Shown here in pieces: positions 25,201 through 37,299 of a stretch of 64,000 nucleotides of DNA. Made by a program: the position numbers and the translations under genes. The notes beneath the pieces are model-generated. The model was not told where the DNA came from. It ran no database searches and saw only the letters and a list, made by a program, of their open reading frames with translations. The stretch is from Amphiscolops sp. MND2022 (Eukaryota), in assembly GCA_964187785.1 (NCBI GenBank), contig OZ076413.1:23126001-23190000 (forward strand). The letters run 5' to 3'. Each line of letters starts with the position of its first letter. Position 1 is the first letter of the stretch.

Positions 25201-27783
25201 AAAACTGTTGGAAAAAGACTCTAAATGGAATTCAAGAAAAGAACAAGATGAAGATTTCAAAAAAATAAAGAAATTCTTGACCGAAGATCCCTGCTTAGCC
25301 CACTACGCAAAAGACAGAGATAACATTCTAACAACTGACGCAAGTAAAACTTGACTTGGAATTACACTATGACAGAAACAGTCGGACGAAAAACAAAACC
25401 GATAGCATTCGGAAGTAGATATCTGAACGAAAACGAACAGAATTATTCGATTGGGGAACTAGAAGTGTTGGCAAAAAATTGGCAGTTGCGTAGGGCTTAG
25501 AAAAGTGCCGAATTCACTTATACGGAAAGAAAGTCTTCTTATACACAGACTACAAAGCACTTGAACCATTGATTTAAAAAACCGGTGCAACCAGCAGTAT
25601 AGCGCAAAACTTTGATATAGCTATACAACGCATCGCCGGCAGCGATCTAAAGTTAACGGATTTCTTGAGTAGAAAACCGGTAGAAAACGCAACGACCGAA
25701 GACGTATACGATGAGCAATACGTAATTATCATCCTCTCAGAACAAGCCAAATTAAACATCAGGAACGGATCACCATTCGTCGACAAATCACAAAACGCAC
25801 CGAAAAGAATTAATACAAACGAAACAGAAAGTGATAACCAATCAAAACGCAATAGAGCATTCGCGATTACCCGAGACGTGAACGAAAATTGCAATCAAGC
25901 AAAAATTGCATCGAATAAATGGCCGCAAAAAGTTCAAAACGGAATGTAAAATCCGAAACTTAACTATGAATGAAACTTCAAATTCGAATTCAAATTCTTT
26001 ACCTTTGTTTATGTAAGAAATGGACCGAGATTACTTTTCTTGGGGCGCAACTGCCAAGATCATGGAGATCAACAGACGGAGAAGAAAGAGCCCAGAATCC
26101 TTCAGACTGGTGAAAAGGAGACTGAAAATCTCGAGACCTGGGACAATGCGCCAAAAGTTCGACATAAATGCACAATGACAAATGTGGGTCCCCTCCAGAG
26201 CAAACAACAGAAGCAGAGAAGAAATCGCCGAGATCGACGGCGAAATGCTCTCACGGGCAAACCGATTCGCGGAGAATACCAACCATTAGATGACCGAATA
26301 GCGGAAGAAGACAATCTCGACAACAATAACAACAACCAACAACAACCGGAAAAATAGAAGAAGAAAATGAACTGGAAAGCGAAGGCGAAAGATAATACCG
26401 AGGGACAACTTCCCAAACGTGGATTCAAAAGCTTACAACACGGAAGGACAAAATGCTCAGTTTATACAAATAAACCAAGTAATCGACGAAACGGTGGGGA
26501 CAAAAAAGCCACTGAAGACGTAATTAATAGGGCCGAATTCAATTTCATGATCAACCTAAAAACACTAATCGCGAAATTCACTACAGACGCCGAACTGAAA
26601 CGGGTCAGAGACGCAAAGAGACGGGCGGAATAAAATACTGCCCCAGAACCTTACCGACCAGCATTCGAAAAGCTATCGAACAAGTGAAGACTGACACTCA
26701 ATGAAGACCGTACAATCGTACCCATTGAACTGAGGAGGAAAGTACCGGTTACATTGCACTTTGGACATGCCGGAGCTACACAGATGCAGGTCGAAGCCTA
26801 AATATTTTGGTGGCCAAACATGTCAAAAGAGATCGAGGACAAAACGAAAAACGGCGTGGCCTGCATGGCTTTGGGTAAGAACCTAAATTACCAAATACCG
26901 AAAAACAACTTCGGAAACACTAACGGAAACGGGTCAAAAAATCCAAATCAATTTTTCCCTAAAATTAAATCACAACAAACTAAAAGGAGAACACCAAATA
27001 CTAATCGTTATCGATAGATTTAGCAAATGGCCAACCGTAAAGATTTGTAAATCATCGGAAACGAAAGAAGTTTTGAACTTTTTTCCACAAAACATTAATT
27101 TATATGGACACCCAGAAAAAACTAAAACGGACAAGGTCGGAGCATTCGTTTCCAAAAAATATAAAAATTTCTGCAAACTGAAATATATTGAAATCGAATA
27201 TAGCACACCGAGACTACAAACTGGTACGGGAGTAGAAGTACGCGCATTAAAAACGTTGAAGAATTTAATAATAGCTAACATGGAAGACAATCTCTGCTTG
27301 ACTGAATGTGAAAATAGGGCATTAAACGTAATGTAATTTACATTACATACGGGATTAAAGATCACACCGTTTGAGATACATCACGTTCGCAAACCAAGAA
27401 CAAACTTAAGAAATGTAATGAAGGCCAGATACCATTTCTTTCTAATTGGTCGGAAATGTTCTTTTCAGCAAATAACCGACCGAAGATACCAATCTACGTA
27501 ACCAGAAATGGAGACGGGGAAAAATCAAACCACATCGTAAAGGCCCATACAAAAACCGAAGAAAAGGCTTTAGCCGAAAAGTCACCGAAAAAGAGATGTT
27601 CGGTTTGTAACTATCCCTTTCTATTCTTCGAAAAAAACAACAAGAAATCACTTGAAGGTAGATTTCTGAAATGTTATAAACGGCAATAAAAAGTGCGGAA
27701 CATACGGTAAGCACCGATACCGCAAAAACAATTGACCGAAAACCTTTTTCGGGTCCAATTATATTTCAGGAAGAGAGAAAAAC
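22289..27783 (+). repeat. Tandem duplication of the RNaseH-integrase block (22289-25095 and 25096-27783)
   Basis: After the integrase tail the sequence returns to CTGGACCTGAAA at the end of RT. Period is about 2807 bp. A sampled 60-bp stretch was ~88% identical. Confidence 0.92.
22556..22717 (+). repeat. 81-bp tandem duplication in RNase H
   Basis: ACACTATGACAGAA..GTAGATATCTAAAC unit at 22556 and 22637. Confidence 0.9.
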
Positions 27784-28340
27784 AGCACCGAAAATCAGAG
27801 ACACAATAACCACAAAAAACCGACATTGCCTCAGAGGGGTGGACAGAAAGTACATACAATGGAACGAATTCTCAAGAGATGTACTCATCGGCAAGCAGAA
27901 AATCGTTCAAAACAAAAGAACGGGATCTAACTCTGAAAGTGAAGAAGGAGCGATAGAAGACGAAGAAAGTGATTCTGAGAATAACGACACATCCGAACGT
28001 GACGGCTGTTACCACCCAATCACAACATCCTGCGAAGAGGTACTAAACTTCCACCCGGATGGCGAGTTAAATACGGGTGAGATTAAAACAGAAAATTTAA
28101 TAACCGATAAAAATGTTAGGCGGTCCAACAGTGAAAGCAAACAACCGAGTAGATACGGGGGTTACATATACCCGAAACTTTTGGGTATGAATTATTAGAC
28201 CTAAAATGTTACAGGTGACAACTGGAACAATAGAAAAGGAACTCCACAACCACTTCCCAAACCAGCGGAATTCGCACGGGACAAAACAATAACACCGGGA
28301 ACATCAAGAATGTAAGCCGAGGAGAGCCCAGAAGGGGGAA

Positions 28341-28470
28341 TGTAATACGGTGCAAATACCGATACCGAATCCTACGGTGACATTGTCAATCAAACTTGCT
28401 TCGATCAAAAAGACTAGTCAAACAATTTAGATTCAAAAGATGCTCTTTGTTTGTAAATACCATACTACTG
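28341..28470 (+). repeat. Truncated 3' LTR
   Basis: Follows the PPT. Homology to the 5' LTR stops after CATACTACTG. Confidence 0.9.
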
Positions 28471-28929
28471 GAGAAGGAGAAAAATACTTCAAAAGTAGAT
28501 CACTTCTCCGACTGAAAAATTAGAAACAATTTAGTACATTTACATTTTCAGGATTTAATTTTTGAGAAGTTCTCAAAACCAAAATGATCTTGATGCACTG
28601 GGAAGAGTTTATTAGGTAACTAAATTTGTCGAATCCTAAAAGCTGCAGTAAAAAAACCATGAAGAAATTTGAGAAAGGTTATCTTTTCGAACTACACGAA
28701 TGACATGGAAGTTTAGAAAAATCGAATCACACTGGTAGAAAGTTTCCGAAAGTGCATTGCAAACACTTTACTATAACAAGTCCCAAAAATTCGGTGATAT
28801 CTTTTTAGTCGGCGCTTGTCTTGAGAAAAGAATCAAATATAGTCATGACTTTTCGTCTGTGTTTTTTTCGAGCATCTGAAGTAGCCAGTCTAATATTTAG
28901 TAAATCTTTACAATTTCAATGGTTTAGGT

Positions 28930-29432
28930 ATTCTCATCTGACAAACCAAGAAGAAGAACAAGAACTTACTCCACCAATTACAAATACAAACTGTCACTTT
29001 TTAATATTTGGAAGTAGTGGGTCGGAGAAGACTAGTTTCTCGAAACATTACCTAGATAAAACTAAACCTGATTATTTAGTCTTTGAACGAGACGAAAATG
29101 AGTTTCATGAACAAAACCAATTTTTATCCAATTATTACAATTAGAAAAGTTTGATAGAGAAACATGCTAATAAAACGATAATTTTAGCTGATGCAGGTGC
29201 TTTCAAACAGCTCAGAACAAAAGTAGAAGACTTATTCCGGTTTGGTAGACACCATAATATACAAGTTATTTATCTTGCACACTATGCAAAGGGTGTTCTC
29301 CCAATAGTGAGAGAGAATTGTTTTAAAATATTTATAACATATAATAACTTTGAGGAGACTTTAGGAAAATTATACTTAATCAGGCAATCAATTAACCCAA
29401 AAACAAGTAAAATATTTGGTTTGATTTCTTAG
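28930..29432 (+). pseudogene. A32-like DNA-packaging ATPase remnant (Polinton/Maverick or related virus)
   Basis: hhhFGSSGSEKTS (Walker A, 29010-29036, G>E). TIILADAG (eroded Walker B). LFRFGRHHNIQVIYLAH (A32-type GRH motif). One frameshift near 29140. Confidence 0.75.
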
Positions 29433-29534
29433 TGATTTTCTTAGTAAAATCAATACGCAAATTCACTAAGAGCAAATATCTTCTTTAGGCTTTGTACCTA
29501 TGCACATGAGAAGATATGCCCTTAGTGAATTTGT

Positions 29535-29930
29535 TTAGTGACCGTGTTGACCCTCTAATGGGGGCAGTTCGTTTATCACGGTTGATCTAGATGTTGAAGC
29601 TTGATTTTCAGTATCCACGAGATCTACCTCTGAATTTTCGATCCTTGGCGTTTGAACAGGCAATGAATCTATTTTTGAGAATAGATTTTCAATCATTTTC
29701 AGAATTTCCCTTTGCACACTCTCGGCATTTTTAATCCTCTTACTGACGGATTTTTCAATTTTTTCTGATATTTCAGAGAAGTCTCGTTCAGAGATGCTAG
29801 GTACATTCTCGGTCCTCTGGCTAGCAGTTTCAAGTTCACCTAGTGAACTAGACACAGAGTCTCTTCTCGCTTTTCTTTCAGAGGATCTTTCAGGCGTTTT
29901 GGTTTGCGATTTTTTAAAAGTATTATTCAA
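29535..29930 (-). CDS. Unknown 131-aa Ser/Glu-rich, partly coiled-coil ORF
   Basis: Open frame convergent with the ATPase. No ATG start. TATA-like TATATATA at ~30048-30055 upstream. No family recognised. Confidence 0.3.
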   Translation of the reverse strand: MNNTFKKSQTKTPERSSERKARRDSVSSSLGELETASQRTENVPSISERDFSEISEKIEKSVSKRIKNAESVQREILKMIENLFSKIDSLPVQTPRIENSEVDLVDTENQASTSRSTVINELPPLEGQHGH

Positions 29931-31194
29931 CTAAAGTGAAGAAAGTTGAGAGTTTTGATATTTATTGATTATCGGAAGGAAGGGAACAAAGTTGTTTTAC
30001 AAGTGAGATTATTAATTTTCAACTCAGATTAATTCAAATTTCACAGGTATATATACTTCAGCGCACGTGAAGCGGGAAAATTCCACGATACTTTCACACT
30101 TCGTTCAGTCCGGTGTCCTTCCGAGGCGAAGAAACAGGAAGTTCAGTTCCCCTTTTTGAACTCAGACTCTCAGTTTGTTCATGCTTTCCAGGGAAAACAC
30201 GCGTCCTCTTCCTGTCTGAGTTGCGACACCGCTTCCCTTCGCCTCCAATTTCCGCCTCTTCGGGACGCCGAAGCTGAACAAAATGTCAAAAGTGAATCAC
30301 TGCACGCGCCCAAAGCGCGTAATGATGAAAAGAGGCAACGATGAAAATGAGAAATTTCTCAAATAAATCCAATCAATTTAATCACTGCATAAACAGAAGA
30401 TCAATCTAATTATGCTGATAGAACAACAAACAGAACTGCAATTTCGCCCACAACACGTTAGCAGCATTGATTGAGAGAGGGAGATGAAAATCCTGCTCCT
30501 GGGCTGCGGTCCAGGACGATTATGAAAATAAAAAACTTCAGATAGTAAAATAGGTTAAAATAGAAACGCTTGAAAATTTACATGAAGCAAACTATCTTTG
30601 GAACAATATTCAGGGTACTGATTAATCCTATTGAATAAAAAATAGCTTGAAAAAGGTAGCACAGGTCATCAACAGTTAATGAATGGCACGGATTAAAAAT
30701 TATTCAGTTCCAGGCCGAGGTCTGGGCCATGGTTTAATGTATTCATCAACTATACTTGGTTTACATGAATAAACAGCATCGTATGTTTCTTTCAACTGTC
30801 AATCGACGTTTTTATTCACGATTATTAGTTGGTAGGCTCATCGGGAGGCGAAATTATCATTAACATCAACATTTTCCATTCTACAATGGATTTAATAAAC
30901 TTTCCATTTCGAACTGCGTCCTGGGCCACGGTACATTGGTAATTCAAATTTAGCACAAGTGTTCGTTTATATGCACATTTACTTGTATAGCGCCTTGTCA
31001 GTCGTCTTTCCAACACTAAAACTTTTACATGTTATCATTTTCAACGCATTCACTTATTGAATTAAAGCGCGTCGTGCTTTCAATTCTCAGGCCGCTTGCC
31101 AGGCCAACGCCTCGCTGTTCGAATTTGAGGCCGGCTGCCATGCCGCAGCTCCGCCATTAATTTCTCATCCCGCTTGTTAAATAGCTCCATATTG

Positions 31195-31394
31195 NNNNNN
31201 NNNNNNNNNNNNNNNNNNNNNNNNNNNNNNNNNNNNNNNNNNNNNNNNNNNNNNNNNNNNNNNNNNNNNNNNNNNNNNNNNNNNNNNNNNNNNNNNNNNN
31301 NNNNNNNNNNNNNNNNNNNNNNNNNNNNNNNNNNNNNNNNNNNNNNNNNNNNNNNNNNNNNNNNNNNNNNNNNNNNNNNNNNNNNNNNNNNNNN
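31195..31394. other. Assembly gap (200 N)
   Basis: Run of exactly 200 N, typical of a fixed-size scaffolding gap. Confidence 1.
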
Positions 31395-31471
31395 ACACGA
31401 AGGACCAACAAAACTACTCAGCCCACCTGGAACGTATGCGTGCTTCTATGCAAAACTGATTATATTCTACA

Positions 31472-32179
31472 TTGGTGTTTGCACCAGGATTGTTCGTTGG
31501 TGTCGACCAAGTGCAACCACTGCACAATTCTGAGCGACAATTGCCCTGGGAGACTGCAGGATTCCCCATGCCAAAACAACTTGCTGACCTGACCTTGGCA
31601 GAAGAGGAAGACTTTGTTCCTGCAATGGTATCGGTTTTAGCCCCTATCATTGGTGCCATTGGAGTATCTCGGTACCCAACTAAACCAATTGCAATGGTAG
31701 TATTGGTACATCCGGTATCTATTTGCACCTATTTACAAGGTAGCCTGCCATTGACATACCCCATAGTACTTAGCGCTAACATGAGTGGGGAAATGCCCCA
31801 GGCATATACCACGATCAAGACAGAAAGGCAATTGGAGGAGAACTTGATGGGTCTCCTGCGTGCCCGTACCCGGAAGGCCAGTCCACTACCTAGAGAGCAT
31901 AGCCCAATCAACTGGTATGCAGCGCCGTTGAGCCTCAATGGGTCCTCTTTTCGATTTCCTAGGTCCCAAGAAATTTTACGCAAAATCAACAAAGCTAACA
32001 CGAGTGCTAGTCCCAATGTGGATCTTTATATTCATTTAGGTGCATCAAATTCCCCAATCGATATTGGAAAGAGTCAGTGGGATGGCCCCGTGCGCGCCCT
32101 GTGTGACGAGCGCCTGACTGCCTCGATTAATAGCTTCAACATTTGGACTTGGCAAGAGTACCAGGATGAAATCTTTTGA
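31472..32179 (+). CDS. Orphan ORF (235 aa, extends toward the gap past one TGA)
   Basis: Long, relatively GC-rich intronless open frame. The same frame upstream reads TKDQQNYSAHLERMRASMQN*LYSTL. No family recognised. Confidence 0.4.
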   Translation: MVFAPGLFVGVDQVQPLHNSERQLPWETAGFPMPKQLADLTLAEEEDFVPAMVSVLAPIIGAIGVSRYPTKPIAMVVLVHPVSICTYLQGSLPLTYPIVLSANMSGEMPQAYTTIKTERQLEENLMGLLRARTRKASPLPREHSPINWYAAPLSLNGSSFRFPRSQEILRKINKANTSASPNVDLYIHLGASNSPIDIGKSQWDGPVRALCDERLTASINSFNIWTWQEYQDEIF

Positions 32180-34245
32180 ACTGAAACTTTGCCTTAATTC
32201 ATCCAAATCCTGCAAGGTGCTACCACATGACAAGGTGCAATTTTTGTTATTTAGTTGATAGCTACTAATATTTGTTCTGCAATGGGTTAACGGCCTTCTA
32301 GTGCGGCTGCCCCAGTTGCTTGTTCAGCAATCAAGAAACTATGAGACCTGAAATTACTGCTATTTTCGTTTAGCACCGCTCGCGGGGTCCTTGAGTTGCC
32401 ATGGTTCAACGAAAAAAAATTTAATCGCCATAGACTGTAACTTTCTATCCTATGAATTCTACCGGTTGTCTTGTAAGTGAGTGAGCCCAAGCGCTGCTAA
32501 GAAAAACATTTTAAAGTGCCTGAAAAGAGAAAAAATGCAAAAAAACTGAACTGAACAAAAAATGTTTTTTAGCCGACCGTTGTCGCAAAAGAGATTTTAG
32601 ATGTAATTGACTGTCCAAAACAAGTTTTTAACAACTGGAAGCCCAAGTTCTCGAGCTGGTGCTAAAACCTCTTTCAAAAATTTGTAAAGATACCTAAGCA
32701 GTAGGAAATTGTATAAGTAAGATCACGAAAAATGACCGAAAAAGTAGCTAAAATACCAGGAATCGTCCTTGTTTCCTGGTACGTAGACAGCGACCCTCTA
32801 AAGCCAGCATGATTCAGTTCCAAGACGAGGCCCTACGATGCTTGCCAGGGACGTCAAGCCAGAAGCCCAGGGAGTGATGTAACGGCAACTGCCGTTATCA
32901 ACAATTTTCGATGAGTTTTTCAACAATGTACCAAAAATTCGTTCAAATCTGACGTGGCACCCAAACATGCTTTCGGTCAAAGACCTGCCAAAAAGCAGAC
33001 TCAATAGAGATAGAGACGCCCCCCGCGAGAGCGAAAAAAGCAACACCAGCAGTTATTACAGCTATTCTGACGATTTTTTACAGAATTGTGCCATTCTCTA
33101 ACGAGACTTCTCTACTTTGGTAGCGGAAACCCGTGAAATCAGATGTCTGCCTGAAGATCCCTGTGGTGTTCTGTGATGGCCAGCTCAAGCGCTGGGTATC
33201 CTTTTGGTCTCTTTCCACTTAAAATGGACTTAAACTGTCGTATTCTGATATAATCAGTGCAGTTTAGATTGATATTCTCGAGAGCTGTTTGAAACATCTG
33301 TATTACTGTTCAGTGTTGGCGATTTATCAGATTTCCCAAATACTGTGGTTCAATTCCAATTCAGTTTTGTGGCCCCATTTTAAAGGCTAATTAAGCAGTG
33401 GTCTTCATGCCAAGGAAGATGCCTGTTATCTTTAGCAGTTACAGACTAGGATCAGGCCAGAGAGCATCCTACAAGACAGTTTCCCCACCCTGGGACTGGC
33501 TCCCTTGGAGGGAAATGAGCTAGGGCCGTGGAGATCTAAGTCCCGGAACATATTCACACTTCTAGTTCCTCCACCTCTCTTTTCGGTCAAACGCTTAGCG
33601 CTTATCGTTACATTGAAATTGCTCTCAGGACATCGATCAAAGCCAGTACGAAGTTTTTTTTCGAAATGGATAGGATCAAGGACACGTTCATTTCCAGCAA
33701 CTTTGAATAAAAGCTATTCTCACCTAATTACTTGCTTTTGTTGAGTTTTTTCTCCACTTGTTCTCTTCGAAGAAACAGGATTCGATGTTAATCTGTTTCA
33801 GGTGTCGATACTAATTTTGACTACTCATGCACTCGTACCTTTTTTTCTCTCAACCTTTCAATGGAAAATTCATAATTCTCAAAAACTGCTTATGCGGTTT
33901 TTTAAAACTTAGTATATTCATTCTACACCCAAATGTGTGCTCCTGCGTGCGCAATGGCATCGCATGATTGGGATCTGCGAAACACAGCCAAAATTAGTCC
34001 AAAAATGGCAAAATGACGGTGAAGTACATATTTTTTTTCAGTATTTATATCCGTTTCCGACTCCTTTACCGCACATGCGGCCCTGGTTGACCGAAGGTCC
34101 TTTACAACAGTCAATTTTTCACAATTCTTTCTTATATGCATTGAGAATGGGATAACAAACTGTATGGCTCTTGAAAACTCTGAAGCGTAGTTGATGCTCA
34201 ACATCGACGGAAATGTTCCGAAGGTTCACTTTCAATTTGTTTTAG

Positions 34246-35146
34246 GTATTTCTTGATTCGTGTTCAACCTATCCTGCCCTAGAAGAGTTTCGGCTAGAAG
34301 GGTTAAACATATATGGGTTTGAAAAGGACGTGAATTTACCCGACCTGGTAACACAGAAAGTGTATCTAACCATTTACAATTCAAGGATTACTAATATTTC
34401 ATCGCTCTCAAACATAACCAACTTTGCAAACAACAGCGTCATCTGCTCATATGTTAGAATCGATGATTCCACGATCGGTGAATTGGAAAGATTTTTGTTC
34501 AAACACGGATCTACCATCGTCAGCATCCGCTTTAAGAATATTCAAAATGAAGGTGTTGGTTCTTTCAATTTTTCTAGTTTAGTTTTACCTGCTCGTGTAT
34601 TCAAAATTAAGAGTACCCGTGAAAAGGCGAAATTTGACCCCTCATTCCTTATTTCAACAAACGCTGGCGTTTTAAATGGGGATACTCCGCAGCGGTTACG
34701 TGACGAAATTCACATTGTAATCGAAACTGTTATCGATGGGCCTGAATTTTTCCCAGTATTCGTTGATTTGTCGGACACTGTTAAAAGATTTATTTACCAA
34801 TATGGTCCCCAGAACAGAAACAGCAAGTCCTTTCCAGTCTTCTATAAGGAATACGATACCCTAACTGATGGCAAACAAGGACTGGTGCTCTTCATAACTT
34901 CTGATAACTTTGGAGAACATTGGCCGAGAAAAATGTTAGAACGCATGGATCGAGTTCATAACCTATGCATTCCAAAACATCTTCTACAAACTGTAGAATT
35001 CGGAAGTTTTGGTGTAGACAAGTTTATTGCCGATAACGTCGTTACGTCACAAGATTGTTCCTCATCTACAAAGGTTCAAGGTCATGAAATCTCTGAAAAG
35101 TGTTCAAACACATGGGCCTCACAAGTGTGCAAGAAGCTGAGACAAG
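34246..35146 (+). CDS. 901-bp exon of an unidentified gene, possibly LRR-like
   Basis: Acceptor tttgttttAG at 34244-34245. Open for 300 codons (VFLDSCSTYPALEEFRLEGLN...). Donor CAAG|GTTAGA at 35147. Confidence 0.65.
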
Positions 35147-36298
35147 GTTAGAAAAAGCGTTGGTGAAAAAAAAAGTTTTTTTTTTTCAATTATTTGTCCT
35201 AAACAAATCACACCAGGCACGTGTATTTAGAAAACCAGAAACAGCTACAGAAAACATTCAAGCCGAAGAAAATACTTAAATTAGGTAGTAGTAAGAAGAC
35301 AACTAGTAATATGCGGCATCGCTATCTTGACCAGAACCAAGGAATCACCGATTGGAAAATATGAACAAAGAGAAAAATTAAGCCCTAAAAACAATAATTC
35401 ACCAGAAATCAGTGCTTAAAATTTCCGTTCCAAAAATTTTATCACTAACAGTATGTAAACTTCACTAACTTCTCTGTAAAATAAGTGTAATCTATAAAGA
35501 TTGTTTAGTAACTGTGGCGTGAAATAAATTTTCAAGTATTCTCGAAGACTGTGCATACGATTCGAACTAAATTATTACAATCTTTTTACACCTTATTAGG
35601 GTTCTATGTGCGCGATGACATCAAAATCGTATAACTGGGATCTGAAAAACAATCAAAAACAGTCCAAAAACTTTCAAAAAAATGTGCATTTTCAGTTTTT
35701 TATTTTCATTTTTCCCAATTGTGGTGGAAGGCAACTATGAATCAAAAATGACACCCCTTAGCAAAGACAAGTAAGTGTCGTTTAGTGGATAGTTATTTAC
35801 AATTCCCGAGTTGGAAGTAAAAGTATCATCTCGCTCGTAATTTCCTGCTGTGTGCTTGTGGAAATTGTTGGAATAGTTCAGTAAGTTTGAGAACTTCGTG
35901 AAGTTTTATAATTGTTGTCGTTCCAGTTTTCAACTTATTTTTCGTTAAAACTGAAGGATAGTAGTTTAGAACCAATTTATAGAGGTTAAAATCCTGTTAG
36001 TTTTAATTTGTGTGTTGATGAAGTTTTGGAGTGTTCCCACTTGAAGACATATGGAATTATAAGCATTATAATTTTTAAGTAACACTGATATCACAGAGGC
36101 TAGCGAATTATATAATCGTGAAAAAGGTTTTGATCGGGATATTTTGTCACTAATTTTCGGCACTTTCTTGCCTTTAAGGCCTAATTTTTCCGTTCATTTT
36201 TAATTTGTCTATAAAAACGTTCATATTTCTTTGAATCGTTGATTTATTGTTTTTTGGCTAGGTCTGTTCGGGAACGGAGTTCCGTATACTACAACAAC

Positions 36299-36440
36299 TT
36301 TTGAATTATTTTCTTCTTTGCTAATTGCTGGGTTCCAGGTACCAACGTTTTGCGCTGATGGAAACGTTTAAACGTTTCCATCAACGCAAAACGTTGGTAC
36401 CTGGAACCCAGCAATTAGCAAAGAAGAAAATAATTCAAAA
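36299..36440. repeat. 142-bp spacer-less palindrome (71-bp arms, 1 mismatch)
   Basis: Centre GAAACGTTT|AAACGTTTC at 36369/36370. The only mismatch is 36355/36384. Confidence 0.98.
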
Positions 36441-37299
36441 CAATTGTTTTGTTTGGAAAAAAAATACAACAGGTATGTAAAACTGAGAATTAGATCTCTT
36501 TTGCATCTAAAAGTCAAACGAAAACCGAAGTTCTTTTCACCGTTTCCTTCAATTCGAATACTGAGGTCCCGTAACCATTTCGAAACTTTCTTTTTTTCCT
36601 TCCGGTACGTTTCGTTTTTTTTTTCGATGCATGTGCGTGTTTTACACTAGCGAATGTAATCAATACAAGGATAGTAATTTTTTCTGTTATAATTTCTTAG
36701 TTTCACATGTCTTTCGTATTCCGTTTTTTGGTTTGATTCATCTCAAATTTTTCTTAATTAATTTTAATACTTTCAGATTAGCTTGATTTCTTTCAAATTG
36801 TGGAAGCGCTGCAGAAAGAAGTCGGAAAATATATTTTCCTTTTTTTCTCAGAAAATCAAGCCACTCGTTTTTTGAGGTATTTTTAAGGCACTAGAGGTTT
36901 CTGTTTTCCGGTCAAGAGGAATCAGAGAATCTGGTCAAAAGTCTTTTAATGTTCTTTTTATCAGTCAGGGAACACTGAACGAGACTAAAATGAGTTGTTG
37001 GTTAAGAATGTGTTCCGATCACCGATGAAAAATACCATACTTAGGCCCAGGTGGCACAACTGTATCCGCTGTCGAACTGCTGATCTCTGCAACTACAATA
37101 CAGTCCGGGCGCGTACTGTGAGACACGGACAATGTGCGCAAAACCAACACAAAATTGGTAAAGAAGAAGAAATTAAGAAGAAAGTTCATTTCCCCAATTC
37201 CGCGGGGTGGACGCCGAATAAGCAGTTCTGCTTTTCTAAGTCGGCGCCCTTTCGGATACTATCTCCCCATAGCAAGCAAGCTATGGTACCATATTTGCA

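Larger units (their letters stand above)
19893..28470 (+). mobile_element. Ty3/Gypsy LTR retrotransposon, decayed, with duplicated RNaseH-integrase block and truncated 3' LTR
   Basis: LTR start TGTAATACGG at 19893 and 28341. PPT AGAAGGGGGAA at 28330-28340. Gag knuckle CNNCGRKGHIARVC at ~20990. Protease GTGSPIS at ~21225. RT, then RH TDAS, then integrase (HFGH, IDRFSKWP). Confidence 0.92.

Noticed and set aside
31157-31533. ORFs made of X residues
   Set aside because: Artefacts of the 200-N gap.
32760-33800. Possible coding or LINE fragment
   Set aside because: No frame stays open and I recognised no RT or endonuclease motif.
35008-35030. GVDKFI in the 34.2-35.1 kb exon as the missing GVDD motif of the SSD gene
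   Set aside because: There is no surrounding transmembrane segment, it lies at the end of a soluble-looking exon and beyond a scaffold gap. A chance match.
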